NCBI GenBank assembly: GCA_023664945.1
Contig: JAMPER010000001.1
Location: 210,829-274,828 of the forward strand
DNA length: 64,000 nt
Origin: Alistipes senegalensis
GTDB taxonomy: Bacteria; Pseudomonadota; Gammaproteobacteria; Burkholderiales; Burkholderiaceae_D
Reading direction: 5' to 3'
The notes under the pieces were generated by a model. That model worked only from the letters and a program-made list of their open reading frames with translations. It did no database searches and was not told where the DNA came from. A program made the position numbers and the translations under genes. Positions 24,112-34,165 of this stretch are shown here, piece by piece; the stretch's first letter is position 1, and every line of letters starts with the position of its first letter.

Positions 24112-26031
24112 ATGTATTTTCCGGAACAGTTTGATGTTATTGTGGTTGGGGGCGGTCATGCCGGGGTGGAAGCTGCCCTGGTTGCTGCACGGATGGGGAA
24201 ACAAACGCTCCTTGTTACGCAAAATTTTGATACCCTGGGTCAATTATCATGCAATCCTTCTATTGGAGGGATAGGAAAAGGACATTTGGTTAAGGAAGTG
24301 GATGCCATGGGAGGGGCGATGGCGCTTTCTTCTGATGAGGCAGGCATCCAGTTCAGGATATTGAATTCATCCAAGGGGCCGGCCGTCAGGGCAACCCGTG
24401 CGCAGATTGACCGCAATTTATATAGGCAGTCTGTCCGCTTTCGGCTGGAAAACCAAAAAAATCTGTTTTTGTTTCAGCAGCAGGTAGATGATTTATTGAT
24501 AAAAAATTACCAGGTAGAAGGTGTTGTGACAGAGGGGAAAATCTGTTTTAAAGGAAAAAGTGTTGTACTTTCTGCCGGTACATTTCTTGATGGAAAAATT
24601 TATGTCGGCCTGCATTCCCATCCCGGCGGCCGGGCAGGGGATGCGCCTGCTGTTGCCCTGGCCCACCGTTTGCGGGATATTGCTCTGCCGCAGGGGAGAT
24701 TAAAAACCGGTACACCTCCCCGGATTGACGGCCGTACTGTCAATTTTGGCGTCATGGAAAGGCAGGATGGCGATACTGATCCGGTTCCGGTATTTTCCTT
24801 TTCAGGAAATCCGGAAATGCATCCTTCGCAGCTGCCTTGCTGGATTACGCATACCAATTTGCAAACGCATGAGATTATTCGCGGCGGGTTGGACAGGAGC
24901 CCGCTTTTTACAGGCATGATAGAAGGCGTTGGCCCGCGTTACTGTCCTTCTATAGAAGACAAGATCCATCGTTTTTCTGATAAGTCTTCCCACCAGATTT
25001 TTCTGGAGCCGGAAGGATTGCGTACCCATGAATATTATCCGAATGGCATTTCAACCAGCCTGCCCTTCGATACGCAGATAGCATTGGTGCGTTCAATGAA
25101 GGGGATGGAAAACGCGCATATTTTACGGCCGGGGTATGCCATTGAATATGATTATTTTGATCCCCGCAGCCTGAAAACTTCCCTTGAAACCAGGCAAATT
25201 GCCGGATTGTTTTTTGCCGGCCAGATAAATGGAACTACCGGGTATGAGGAAGCGGCGGCGCAGGGCCTGATGGCAGGAATCAATGCTTGCCGCTATGTTG
25301 ACGGAGCCGAGGCATGGGTGCCCAAACGAAGTGAAGCTTATATGGGCGTGATGCTGGATGACCTGGTTACCAGGGGGGTAAAAGAACCATACCGTATGTT
25401 TACCAGCCGGGCAGAATACCGTTTGAGCTTAAGGGAGGATAATGCAGATATCCGCCTGACGGAAACCGCTTACAGGCTGGGGTGTATTAGCCAGGTACAG
25501 TGGGAACGTTTCGAAAAGAAAAGGGAACAAATTGCCCGCGAGATGGAAAGGATGAAATCTACCTGGGTGCATCCTGCCATGCTGGATGAATCGGAAGCTG
25601 TCCGGGTGCTTGGAAAAAAACCGGAAAAAGAATATTGCTTGGCAGATTTGCTGAAACGGCCGGGGGTGGATTACGATTTGCTGATGACGCTTTCATCAAA
25701 AGATGGACAAAAATGGACGTCTGAAGAAAATCTTGAAAAAGCGGTTACAGAACAGGTGGAAATCCAGACGAAATATGCCGGCTATATTGAAAGGCAGGAA
25801 AGGGATGTGCGGCGGCAGCAATATTATGAAAATTTACGCTTGCCGGATGATTTGCCTTATGCGGATATCCCGGCACTATCCATAGAAGTGCGGCAGCGCC
25901 TGGAAATGCAGCGTCCGGAAACGCTGGGGCAGGCTTCCCGCATTTCGGGTGTTACGCCCGCAGCTGTTTCTCTTTTGCTGGTTTACCTGAAGAAACGGGG
26001 ACTGGTTCATTTTTCCGGAGACAAGGCGTGA
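24112..26031 (+). CDS. mnmG: tRNA uridine-5-carboxymethylaminomethyl modification enzyme
   Basis: VGGGHAG; SCNPSIGG; [11 protein letters not shown]; [13 protein letters not shown]. Confidence 0.99.
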   Translation: MYFPEQFDVIVVGGGHAGVEAALVAARMGKQTLLVTQNFDTLGQLSCNPSIGGIGKGHLVKEVDAMGGAMALSSDEAGIQFRILNSSKGPAVRATRAQIDRNLYRQSVRFRLENQKNLFLFQQQVDDLLIKNYQVEGVVTEGKICFKGKSVVLSAGTFLDGKIYVGLHSHPGGRAGDAPAVALAHRLRDIALPQGRLKTGTPPRIDGRTVNFGVMERQDGDTDPVPVFSFSGNPEMHPSQLPCWITHTNLQTHEIIRGGLDRSPLFTGMIEGVGPRYCPSIEDKIHRFSDKSSHQIFLEPEGLRTHEYYPNGISTSLPFDTQIALVRSMKGMENAHILRPGYAIEYDYFDPRSLKTSLETRQIAGLFFAGQINGTTGYEEAAAQGLMAGINACRYVDGAEAWVPKRSEAYMGVMLDDLVTRGVKEPYRMFTSRAEYRLSLREDNADIRLTETAYRLGCISQVQWERFEKKREQIAREMERMKSTWVHPAMLDESEAVRVLGKKPEKEYCLADLLKRPGVDYDLLMTLSSKDGQKWTSEENLEKAVTEQVEIQTKYAGYIERQERDVRRQQYYENLRLPDDLPYADIPALSIEVRQRLEMQRPETLGQASRISGVTPAAVSLLLVYLKKRGLVHFSGDKA

Positions 26032-26711
26032 GGAAAAAAGAAACAGCTGCCATATTTCTTACTGCTTCAATAGATAAAGCGGCCGGTTTGCTTGTTGAAG
26101 GTGTGCAAAAATTGCCTGTCAATCCGGAAAAAGCACAAATTGAAAAGCTGCTTTCCTACATGCGGCTCCTGCTGCGGTGGAACCGGGTATATAACCTCAC
26201 AGCGGTAAGGGAGGCAGAGTCGGCAGTAGTACTCCATTTTCTGGATTCCCTGGCAGCGGCAGCAGCAGTAAAGGATTGCCGGCGTTTGCTGGATGTGGGT
26301 TCCGGTGCCGGTTTTCCTGGTATGGTCATGGCTGTTTTGTATCCCGATATGGCTGTTTCGCTCATTGATGCCGTTGGAAAAAAAACGGCATTCCTTTCCC
26401 AGGTTCGTGCAGAATTGCAGCTGGAAAATGTCACTGTCCATACCGGCCGGGTGGAAGCCTTTTTCCCCGCAGAAAAATTTGATGCTGTTATTTCCCGCGC
26501 TTTTTCCGATTTGGCGAAGTTTACGGCCCTGTCCAACCACCTGCTGGCAGATGGCGGCCTTTTTTATGCCATGAAAGGCGCTGTGCCGGAAACAGAAATA
26601 GAGGCGCTTCCTGCTGGATTGAAAGTAAAGGCTGTTATACCATTGGATGTGCCCTTTCTGGATGCACAGCGCCACTTGCTTGTGATTGAACCACTGCCGG
26701 TTCAGATATAG
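26028..26711 (+). CDS. rsmG: 16S rRNA m7G527 methyltransferase
   Basis: WNRVYNLTA; HFLDSL; [11 protein letters not shown]; SRAF; GTG start. Confidence 0.96.
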   Translation: MRKKETAAIFLTASIDKAAGLLVEGVQKLPVNPEKAQIEKLLSYMRLLLRWNRVYNLTAVREAESAVVLHFLDSLAAAAAVKDCRRLLDVGSGAGFPGMVMAVLYPDMAVSLIDAVGKKTAFLSQVRAELQLENVTVHTGRVEAFFPAEKFDAVISRAFSDLAKFTALSNHLLADGGLFYAMKGAVPETEIEALPAGLKVKAVIPLDVPFLDAQRHLLVIEPLPVQI

Positions 26712-26770
26712 AGGCCGGTTGTTGCGTTTTCCAAAGCATATTTTTCTCTTTAACCCAACGATAGAAACAC

Positions 26771-27541
26771 ATGACCCGGATTTTCTGCATAGCAAACCAA
26801 AAAGGCGGCGTGGGAAAGACTACGACAACCGTCAACCTTGCCGCCGGGCTTTCCCGGCTGGGACAGCGGGTTCTTTTGGTTGATCTTGATCCCCAGGGCA
26901 ATGCAACCATGGGTTCCGGTATCCAGAAAGCGGAACTGGACCATTCTGTGTATCAGGTACTCCTGGGATTGGCCGATGTGGAAAAAGCCCGCCAGGTTTC
27001 GGAAAGCGGCGGGTTTGACGTGCTGCCTGCCAACCGGGATCTGGCAGGTGCCGAAGTGGAACTGGTTGACCTGGATAACCGGGAACACCGTCTAAAGGCA
27101 GCTTTGCAGGCAGTTGCCAGCCAGTATGATTTTATATTGATTGACTGCCCGCCCGCTCTTTCCATGCTGACCATCAACGCCCTGTGCGCGGCAAATGGGG
27201 TAATTATTCCCATGCAGTGTGAATATTATGCGCTGGAAGGACTGTCTGACCTGATAAATACTATCAAACATGTCCATGCCGGTTTGAACCGGGACTTGCA
27301 GATTATTGGCTTGCTCAGGGTGATGTTTGACAAACGGGCGACCCTCTCCCAGCATGTTTCAGCACAGCTGGAACGCCACTTTGGCGATAAGGTTTTCAAG
27401 ACAGTTATCCCCCGGAATATCCGGCTGGCGGAAGCGCCCTCCTACGGTATGCCGGGCATCACGTTTGATTTGGCTTCAAGGGGATCGCAGGCCTATATGG
27501 ATTTTGGCCGGGAAATGATGAGCTGGCTGGACAGGCAATGA
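26771..27541 (+). CDS. parA: Chromosome partitioning ATPase
   Basis: NQKGGVGKTTT; DLDPQGNAT; IDCPP; RLAEAPSYG. Confidence 0.98.
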   Translation: MTRIFCIANQKGGVGKTTTTVNLAAGLSRLGQRVLLVDLDPQGNATMGSGIQKAELDHSVYQVLLGLADVEKARQVSESGGFDVLPANRDLAGAEVELVDLDNREHRLKAALQAVASQYDFILIDCPPALSMLTINALCAANGVIIPMQCEYYALEGLSDLINTIKHVHAGLNRDLQIIGLLRVMFDKRATLSQHVSAQLERHFGDKVFKTVIPRNIRLAEAPSYGMPGITFDLASRGSQAYMDFGREMMSWLDRQ

Positions 27542-27581
27542 TCACTGGCCGGAAAAAGCCGGTTTTTCAGGATAAGAGAAA

Positions 27582-28448
27582 ATGACAAAAAGAAAAAAAG
27601 GATTGGGCCGTGGGCTGGAAGCGCTTTTAGGCACAGCGCCGGATTTTTCGGCAGATAGGGGAGAGCTTTTCAGTGTGCCGCTTTCCAGTCTGGAAGCAGG
27701 AAAGTATCAGCCTCGTTCGCGCATAGATGAAGGCGCATTGAATGAGCTGGCCCAGTCCATTCGCGAACAGGGAGTAATGCAGCCTATTCTGGTAAGGAAG
27801 GCAGCGGCGGGTCGTTATGAAATTATTGCAGGGGAAAGGCGCTACCGGGCTGCCCAGGTGGCCGGTCTGGAGCAGATTCCTGCCCTTCTTAAGGAAGTGG
27901 ACGACCAGACAGCAGCCGCAATGGCGCTGATTGAAAATATGCAACGGGAAGACTTGAATCCGCTGGAAGAGGCGCAGGGCATCCACCGTTTGATTACCGA
28001 TTTTGCCTTTACGCACGAGCAGGCTGCCCAGGCTGTCGGCCGCTCGCGCAGCGCGGTTTCCAACCTGCTCAGGCTGCTGAACCTTTCCCGCCCTGTCCAA
28101 ACCATGCTGATGGCCGGCGATATTGATATGGGCCACGCCCGGGCACTGTTGGCCGCTGATGGCGCAACCCAGATTACCCTGGCAACCCAGGTAGTGGCAA
28201 AAAGGCTTTCCGTCCGGGAAACAGAAAGGCTGGTAACACGGGAACTGGCAGAAAAATCAGCGCTGGAAAGAAAAAAGGAAAAGAAAAAACCGGCTGATAT
28301 TGTGCGGCTGGAAGAAGAATTATCCGATTTGCTGGCTACCCGTGTGACCTTTCAGGTCAACACCAAAGGGCAGGGGCAAATGCGGATTGATTTTGCCGAC
28401 CTGGATGTGCTGGACGGCGTCCTTAAGCGGCTGCGCCCTTCCAACTGA
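27582..28448 (+). CDS. parB: Chromosome partitioning protein (CTPase)
   Basis: GLGRGL; YQPR; AGERR; ENMQREDL; HTH GRSRSAVSNLLRLL. Confidence 0.98.
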   Translation: MTKRKKGLGRGLEALLGTAPDFSADRGELFSVPLSSLEAGKYQPRSRIDEGALNELAQSIREQGVMQPILVRKAAAGRYEIIAGERRYRAAQVAGLEQIPALLKEVDDQTAAAMALIENMQREDLNPLEEAQGIHRLITDFAFTHEQAAQAVGRSRSAVSNLLRLLNLSRPVQTMLMAGDIDMGHARALLAADGATQITLATQVVAKRLSVRETERLVTRELAEKSALERKKEKKKPADIVRLEEELSDLLATRVTFQVNTKGQGQMRIDFADLDVLDGVLKRLRPSN

Positions 28449-28458
28449 TGCCGATTTT

Positions 28459-29034
28459 TCAGATCATGAGCGGATCAACTGTCATGGCCCGGATATCCGG
28501 CAGGTTTCTCCAGTAGCCTTCAATATCCATCCCGAACCCGATCACAAAGCGGTTGGGCAGTAAAAGGCCGACATGGTCCGCTGTAACCGGTTTTTTGGCG
28601 TTAATCTGCTTATCGGCAAAAACGGCCAGAATCACCTTTGCCGCGCCCATTTCCAGCAGGCGGCGCTGGACATGCGACAGGGTTTCCCCCTCGTCCAGAA
28701 TATCATCCAGCACCACAACAATGCGGTTCATGACATTTTGGCGGGGAATGACTTTCCAGATGACTTCGCTGCCGTGTTCTTCGCCGCCGTAGCGGGAAAC
28801 ATGGATAAAATCAAATTCCATTGGAAAATCCAGATGCGGCAGCAGCTGGCCCGAAAAAACAACCGCGCCCCCCATGACGCCAAGAAGAAGCGGAAACGAT
28901 TCCGGTTCTGTTTGCCTGAAACGCGCGTTCAGTTCGGCGGCTACTTTGAGAACTGCTGCCTGTACCTGTTCGGGCGTGCAAATTTGTTCGGTCTTTTCAA
29001 GCAATTTTGTTGCGCGCTCGTGATGGGAATCCAT
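28459..29034 (-). CDS. hpt: Hypoxanthine-guanine phosphoribosyltransferase
   Basis: VLDDILDEGETL PRPP loop; FVIGFGMD..GYWRNLP. Confidence 0.92.
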   Translation of the reverse strand: MDSHHERATKLLEKTEQICTPEQVQAAVLKVAAELNARFRQTEPESFPLLLGVMGGAVVFSGQLLPHLDFPMEFDFIHVSRYGGEEHGSEVIWKVIPRQNVMNRIVVVLDDILDEGETLSHVQRRLLEMGAAKVILAVFADKQINAKKPVTADHVGLLLPNRFVIGFGMDIEGYWRNLPDIRAMTVDPLMI

Positions 29035-29207
29035 TTTGCCCTCGCGAAAGAGAAAACGGCAGCAGGCGGGAGGAGGTTTTCCGATGCAGCCGGTTATATC
29101 GGTTATAGAATAATGCAATATCCGGGGATATTGACAAGTTTACACTAAGCGGCGCGTTTGCCATCAACATCCGGCCGGATATTGCAAAGCGGGCAGGGAA
29201 AGAAAAA

Positions 29208-31046
29208 ATGACAAAAGAAGAGAAAATAAAAATGGATAAAAAAGAGGAAATAACCGGCCGTATCGGCTGCTTGCGCCAGGTAATGGAAAAAGCAGACATT
29301 GCCGCCTGCCTAGTACCTTCTTCCGACCCGCATCTTTCCGAATATTTGCCGCCCCGCTGGCAGGGCCGGCAGTGGCTTTCCGGTTTTGACGGCTCCGCCG
29401 GTATCCTGCTCGTAACACAATATTTTGCAGGATTGTGGACAGACAGCCGATACTGGGTTCAGGCTGAAAAACAGCTTGAAGGGACCGGCATTGAGCTGAT
29501 GAAAATACAACCGGGCAACCTGATGCCTTATGCAGGCTGGCTTGCCGAAAATCTTTCACCGGGGCAGATTGTGGCAGCTGACGGACAGCTTTTCAGCCTG
29601 GCGGCAGGCCGCTGCCTGAAAGAAAAGCTGGCGGCGGCTTCCCTTCTCTGGCAGGAAGAGGGCGATTTGCTGGACCGCATCTGGGAAAACCGTCCTGCTG
29701 TGCCTGCCGTGCCGGTCTATGCCCATGCGGCGGAAATGACAGGCTTTTCCCGCCGGGAAAAGCTGCAAATGATACGGGAAAAGCTGGCGGATGCCGGCGC
29801 CAACGCCCATTTCATGCTGGCGCTGGATGATATTGCCTGGACCCTCAATTTAAGGGGCGGCGATATCGCATTCAATCCGCTTTTCATCAGCTGTTTGCTG
29901 GTGGAAGCATCGCAGGCAACGCTTTTTGTGAGCCCGGAAAAAATCCCGGCAGATATACGGCAGTCACTGGAAGCTGACGGTGTGCGCCTGAAGCCTTATG
30001 AAGCGGCCAAGGCGGAGCTTGAGGCACTGGGAGAAGAAACAGTTTTGCTTATTGATCCCCGGCGCTTTACCTGGGGCATGTTTGCCGCTGTCGGGAAAAA
30101 GGCGAGGATAGTGGAAGCCGCCAGCCCGGCCATGCTGCTGAAATCCCGGAAAACAGAAACAGAAATCAGCCATGTGCGCCGAACCATGGAAAGGGACGGC
30201 GCGGCCCTGTGCGAATTTTTTGCCTGGCTGGAAGCTGCCCTTGAAAGAGGGGAAAAAGTCAGCGAGCTGGATGTGGCCGATAGATTGAAAGCCTGCCGGG
30301 AAAAAATTCCCGGCTATGTCAGCCTGAGCTTTGATACCATCGCCGGTTTCAATGAAAATGGTGCGCTGCCGCACTATCAGGCCACACCGGAAGATTTTGC
30401 TGTCATTGATGGAAGCGGCCTGCTGCTGATTGATTCCGGCGGGCAATACCCCGGCGGCACAACCGACATTACCCGCGTGGTTCCCATTGGCGAAGTACTG
30501 CCGGAACAGAAGCGGGATTATACGCTGGTGCTAAAGGGCCTGATTGCCCTTTCGGGAGCCGTCTTTCCGCGCGGCATCCGGGCCGCCATGCTGGATGCCA
30601 TAGCCCGGGTGCCGCTTTGGAAAGAAGGGCTGGATTATGGGCACGGCACCGGCCACGGGGTAGGTTATTTTTTGAATGTCCACGAAGGGCCGCAATCCAT
30701 TTCCTGTTATGGCGCGGCAGACCCGCACACCGCCATGGAAAAAGGCATGATCACTTCCGTTGAACCAGGGCTTTACCGCACCGGGAAATGGGGTATCCGC
30801 CTGGAAAACCTGGTCGTGAACCAGGAAGCACAGCAGACCGAATTTGGCGAATACCTGCGTTTTGAAACGCTTACCCTTTGCCCGTTTGAGGCGAAGTGCA
30901 TGGATTTGGCGCTGCTGACCCCGGCTGAAATAATCTGGATAAACCGCTACCATGCTGAAGTCCGGCAGCGGCTTTTGCCGCTTTTGTCAGAAGGAGCCAG
31001 AAACTGGATGATTGCCCGGACAGAAGCGTTGCCTTGTCAGGTTTAA
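29208..31046 (+). CDS. Aminopeptidase P family (M24B) peptidase
   Basis: DSGGQY..GTTDITR; HGTGHGVG..LNVHEGP; EPGLY..GIRLEN. Confidence 0.95.
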   Translation: MTKEEKIKMDKKEEITGRIGCLRQVMEKADIAACLVPSSDPHLSEYLPPRWQGRQWLSGFDGSAGILLVTQYFAGLWTDSRYWVQAEKQLEGTGIELMKIQPGNLMPYAGWLAENLSPGQIVAADGQLFSLAAGRCLKEKLAAASLLWQEEGDLLDRIWENRPAVPAVPVYAHAAEMTGFSRREKLQMIREKLADAGANAHFMLALDDIAWTLNLRGGDIAFNPLFISCLLVEASQATLFVSPEKIPADIRQSLEADGVRLKPYEAAKAELEALGEETVLLIDPRRFTWGMFAAVGKKARIVEAASPAMLLKSRKTETEISHVRRTMERDGAALCEFFAWLEAALERGEKVSELDVADRLKACREKIPGYVSLSFDTIAGFNENGALPHYQATPEDFAVIDGSGLLLIDSGGQYPGGTTDITRVVPIGEVLPEQKRDYTLVLKGLIALSGAVFPRGIRAAMLDAIARVPLWKEGLDYGHGTGHGVGYFLNVHEGPQSISCYGAADPHTAMEKGMITSVEPGLYRTGKWGIRLENLVVNQEAQQTEFGEYLRFETLTLCPFEAKCMDLALLTPAEIIWINRYHAEVRQRLLPLLSEGARNWMIARTEALPCQV

Positions 31047-31124
31047 TCTGTCCATTAAGATAAAAGCAAAGGAAAATTCGGGCTGTTGCTGTTTTTCCTT
31101 CAGTACAAATGCGCTTGGCAGAAA

Positions 31125-31376
31125 CTAGGCGGCCGGGCTGATATCGGGCGCATCAGCCAGATGGGAAATGGCATAGCCCTTTTCCTGTATCTGTTTTGCC
31201 GGGCGGACAATGGAAAATTCGTCCAGTGATTCGGTTTCAATGTTCAGGCGCATGCCACGGGCAGCCAGTTCCCAGTCAATATTGGCGGCTTCTGCCGGAA
31301 TCAGCCTGCCTTCCGGTACAATCAGCCAGGAAAACTGGCTGTCTTCTTCTTTCCTGCGAAAAATATCCACTCTCAT
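31125..31376 (-). CDS. Small conserved hypothetical protein (DUF6139-like by recall)
   Basis: MRVDIFRR...VPEG..IP.EA.NIDW...IQEKGYAI resembles a Burkholderiales small-protein family. Confidence 0.65.
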   Translation of the reverse strand: MRVDIFRRKEEDSQFSWLIVPEGRLIPAEAANIDWELAARGMRLNIETESLDEFSIVRPAKQIQEKGYAISHLADAPDISPAA

Positions 31377-31884
31377 GTCAGGTCTCCAGGCCGGTTTCAC
31401 CGGGTTTTTCCTCCTTCAGGATACTATGGAATGCGTGTGCGGGGAACATTTCGCCATGTCGTTGTTTTGCAAAATCCAGAAAAGAAAAAGCAGGCGGCAA
31501 AATGGGGAATATTGATGATACGGGTGATATTCACGGAAGGCTTCTGCCCGTATGATTTTTGGTAGAGGCGTTGTTTGTTTGATCGTCCGTATCAATCAGC
31601 ACCCCCCTTGCAGGCGCATGACAGCCCGTGCCCTGTTTAATCTGGCGGACATCGTTTTTGTGCAATAGCCGGTAATGTCTCCAGGCATTACCACTATCTC
31701 TTGTCACCTTTCCCGAGCAGTCCCGCTTGCGCGGCATCAACAGATACCTGAGGATCAACCCTGTCTGGAAACAGAGAGTTACCTTTAAAAACAGCAGGCA
31801 GACATAAACAAGCTACCTAACAAGCGCCATGCAGAGGGGGAAAAGAGACTTTCTGTTGCAGAAAAACAACAGGGGATTGATAAC

Positions 31885-31922
31885 TTTTAACATCCGTTAA
31901 TGCGTATTAACGGATGTTAAAA
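31885..31922. repeat. Palindromic element E1 (17-bp arms, 4-nt centre GCGT)
   Basis: TTTTAACATCCGTTAAT-GCGT-ATTAACGGATGTTAAAA, read directly. Confidence 0.97.
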
Positions 31923-32086
31923 CATCCGGTTAAAGAACACATAAACCACGCCAAGAAGCGTATCAGAGCTCACTTTCGGTATCAAGACAAAACAAGGCGT
32001 TTTTCCTCCCGAAAAAATAAAAGAAGGGTTAAAAAATGGGAAGAAAAGGTAATAAGTATATTAAAAACAATGGATTGCAAAAATTT

Positions 32087-32118
32087 TAATGTCCGTTAAT
32101 ACGCATTAACGGACATTA
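32087..32118. repeat. Palindromic element E2 (14-bp arms, centre ACGC), inverted copy of E1 core
   Basis: TAATGTCCGTTAAT-ACGC-ATTAACGGACATTA; core 32092-32113 is the exact reverse complement of 31893-31914. Confidence 0.97.
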
Positions 32119-32205
32119 CCTTTGGCCTGTACGGCAGAGGGGCTTTTAAGCATTGCCAACTCTTTTGAAGAGTTGTTTTTCTAACCACTGGAATAGGTAA
32201 ACAAC

Positions 32206-33456
32206 ATGAAAAAAACCTTAATCGCATTAGCCGTACTCGGTGCAGCAGCCGGTGTGGCCCATGCCCAATCCAACGTCACCATCTATGGTGTTGTTGATAC
32301 CGGTTACATCAAGGAAACCGGCCGCGATGTTCGCATGGGCGAAAACATCAACAACCGCATTGGTTTCCGCGGCGCGGAAGACCTGGGCGGCGGCCTGAAA
32401 GCCACCTTTGAACTGGAAAAACGGTTCGACCTGTTCGATGGCACCAATGGCAACACCAATACAGCGCAGTACAAAGGCCCGGCTAAAGCTTCTGGCAAAG
32501 ACTGGGATGGCGCAGCCAATATTGGCCTGGCAGGCGACTGGGGCCGTATCCGTTTCGGCCGTGTGAACGAACTTTCAACCGAAACCATTCGTAAGTTCGA
32601 TCCGTTCTATCAATACGGCGTGGGTTCCATGATTTTGAGTACCCAACGTTCCGCTCGTATCGACAACACTGCCCGTTATGATTCTCCGAAGTGGGCTGGT
32701 TTCTCCTTTGGCTTGAGCTATTCCTTGGGTGAAAACACCAAAGCAGGAAGCGCTTTCCGTAAAGCCAAGGATAATGCTAAAAACGAATACATTCCTGGAG
32801 TTATTGAGAAAGATGATGGTAGTTACGAGAAATTTACCTCGTATGATAACGACGGTTATGGCATCAACCTGAGCTACGACAACGGCCCGTTCCTTGCCAC
32901 TGCCAACTGGAGCCGGGTAGCGGATTCCAACGATTCTTCTGTCTGGAACATCGGTGTGGGTTACAAATTCGGTCCGGCCCGCGTGACCTTGGCTTACGAA
33001 AAAACCAAGGATAAAGGTTATAAAAATGGGTCGGCAGGTATGACGGCTTCGATACCTTATGCCAATAAGTATACCGATATATCCGGCTACTACGATGATG
33101 TAGATGTAGCTGTACAGAGCGAACAAGAAGTCTGGCTGCTTGGTCTGGAATGGGATGTTGGCCCGGGCCAGTTTGACGCATCTGTCCAATATGGCCAGCT
33201 GGATGATGTTAAAGCGGGCGGCAAAAAAATCAAATACACTAGGGTAAGAGGTGGCAAGGAAGTCACCAAAACCTTTGATGACCGTGACATCCTGAAGTAT
33301 GCGATTGGTTATACCTATAACCTTTCCAAACGCACTTCGGCATACGCCCAGGTTTCCTATACCGATTATGACGACAAGGATGCAGGCCGTTTCTACACCG
33401 GCATGGATCGTGACAGCGTCACGGCCTTCCAGATCGGTATGACCCACAAGTTCTGA
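32206..33456 (+). CDS. Trimeric outer-membrane porin (Gram-negative porin family)
   Basis: MKKTLIALAVLG..AHA signal peptide; SNVTIYG; GFRGAEDLGGGLKA.F.LE; Y.LSKRT..Y; C-terminal HKF. Confidence 0.96.
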   Translation: MKKTLIALAVLGAAAGVAHAQSNVTIYGVVDTGYIKETGRDVRMGENINNRIGFRGAEDLGGGLKATFELEKRFDLFDGTNGNTNTAQYKGPAKASGKDWDGAANIGLAGDWGRIRFGRVNELSTETIRKFDPFYQYGVGSMILSTQRSARIDNTARYDSPKWAGFSFGLSYSLGENTKAGSAFRKAKDNAKNEYIPGVIEKDDGSYEKFTSYDNDGYGINLSYDNGPFLATANWSRVADSNDSSVWNIGVGYKFGPARVTLAYEKTKDKGYKNGSAGMTASIPYANKYTDISGYYDDVDVAVQSEQEVWLLGLEWDVGPGQFDASVQYGQLDDVKAGGKKIKYTRVRGGKEVTKTFDDRDILKYAIGYTYNLSKRTSAYAQVSYTDYDDKDAGRFYTGMDRDSVTAFQIGMTHKF

Positions 33457-33514
33457 TGCGGGTTTGACAACAGGATGGTAGAGGTTTTTGTCTTCCCTTA
33501 CTCTTTCTGTTGGG

Positions 33515-33545
33515 CAAGGGCTTCCTTCGGGAAGCCCTTGTTTTT
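33515..33545 (+). terminator. Intrinsic terminator after porin
   Basis: 11-bp stem CAAGGGCTTCC/GGAAGCCCTTG, TTCG tetraloop, T5 tail. Confidence 0.92.
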
Positions 33546-33708
33546 GGGAAAGACAAGCATTGTATCCCTTGGCATTGGATGAGAAGGTGATTTTTTGTCT
33601 TTGCAACTTAGGAAGGAGCATGATGACATTTACCGCATTCACCCGTCTGGCCTTGAAATATGTATAAATGCCACCTATTAATGAATGTTATCCTAGGAGA
33701 AATTTTTT

Positions 33709-34020
33709 ATGAGTTTATATGAACATGCTGTTTTGATTTTGCATGAAGACATCGATAGCGAAGGGATTAATGCCCATTTATTCAAATGTAGAGAAAGGGA
33801 TGGAAAACCGCATTCGATTAAGAAGACATCTTTATGTGGCGCTGTTGAGCGATGTGGCAGTGTTTCCCATTATCAAGAGGGTGATATAAGTCCCTTTGTT
33901 TTTGGGAAAATTGCATCAAAAGAGTTTCGACTGTTGGTAGCGCGTGCTCATGACAAGTCGGCAAATATCTGTGGAAGGTGTGTCGCACATCTCTATGCAG
34001 ATGAGGAGGAGCAAGAATAA
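33709..34020 (+). CDS. Small Cys/His-rich hypothetical protein
   Basis: 103 aa, AGGAG RBS, AT-rich; LCG..ERC and ICGRCVAHLY motifs. Confidence 0.75.
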   Translation: MSLYEHAVLILHEDIDSEGINAHLFKCRERDGKPHSIKKTSLCGAVERCGSVSHYQEGDISPFVFGKIASKEFRLLVARAHDKSANICGRCVAHLYADEEEQE

Positions 34021-34165
34021 TTGCAATAGAAAAAGCCTAGATTAATCGGACTGCTATAGTCCGATGTTATTGAAGCAAGCTGATCTTACAGCTTGCCACA
34101 TTTTGACAGGAAAATAGTACCACACATTCGCCGAATAAACGCACCAGCCCCCACCCCGGGGGCAT

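Noticed and set aside
31531-31758. 75-aa ORF in the long intergenic region before the porin, and ORF 31914-32099 spanning the palindromes
   Set aside because: No RBS or recognisable composition; likely chance frames in regulatory DNA.
31885-32118. Twin palindromes as a mini CRISPR array or IS ends
   Set aside because: Only two units, in inverted orientation with a 177-bp gap; no cas gene, transposase or target duplication.
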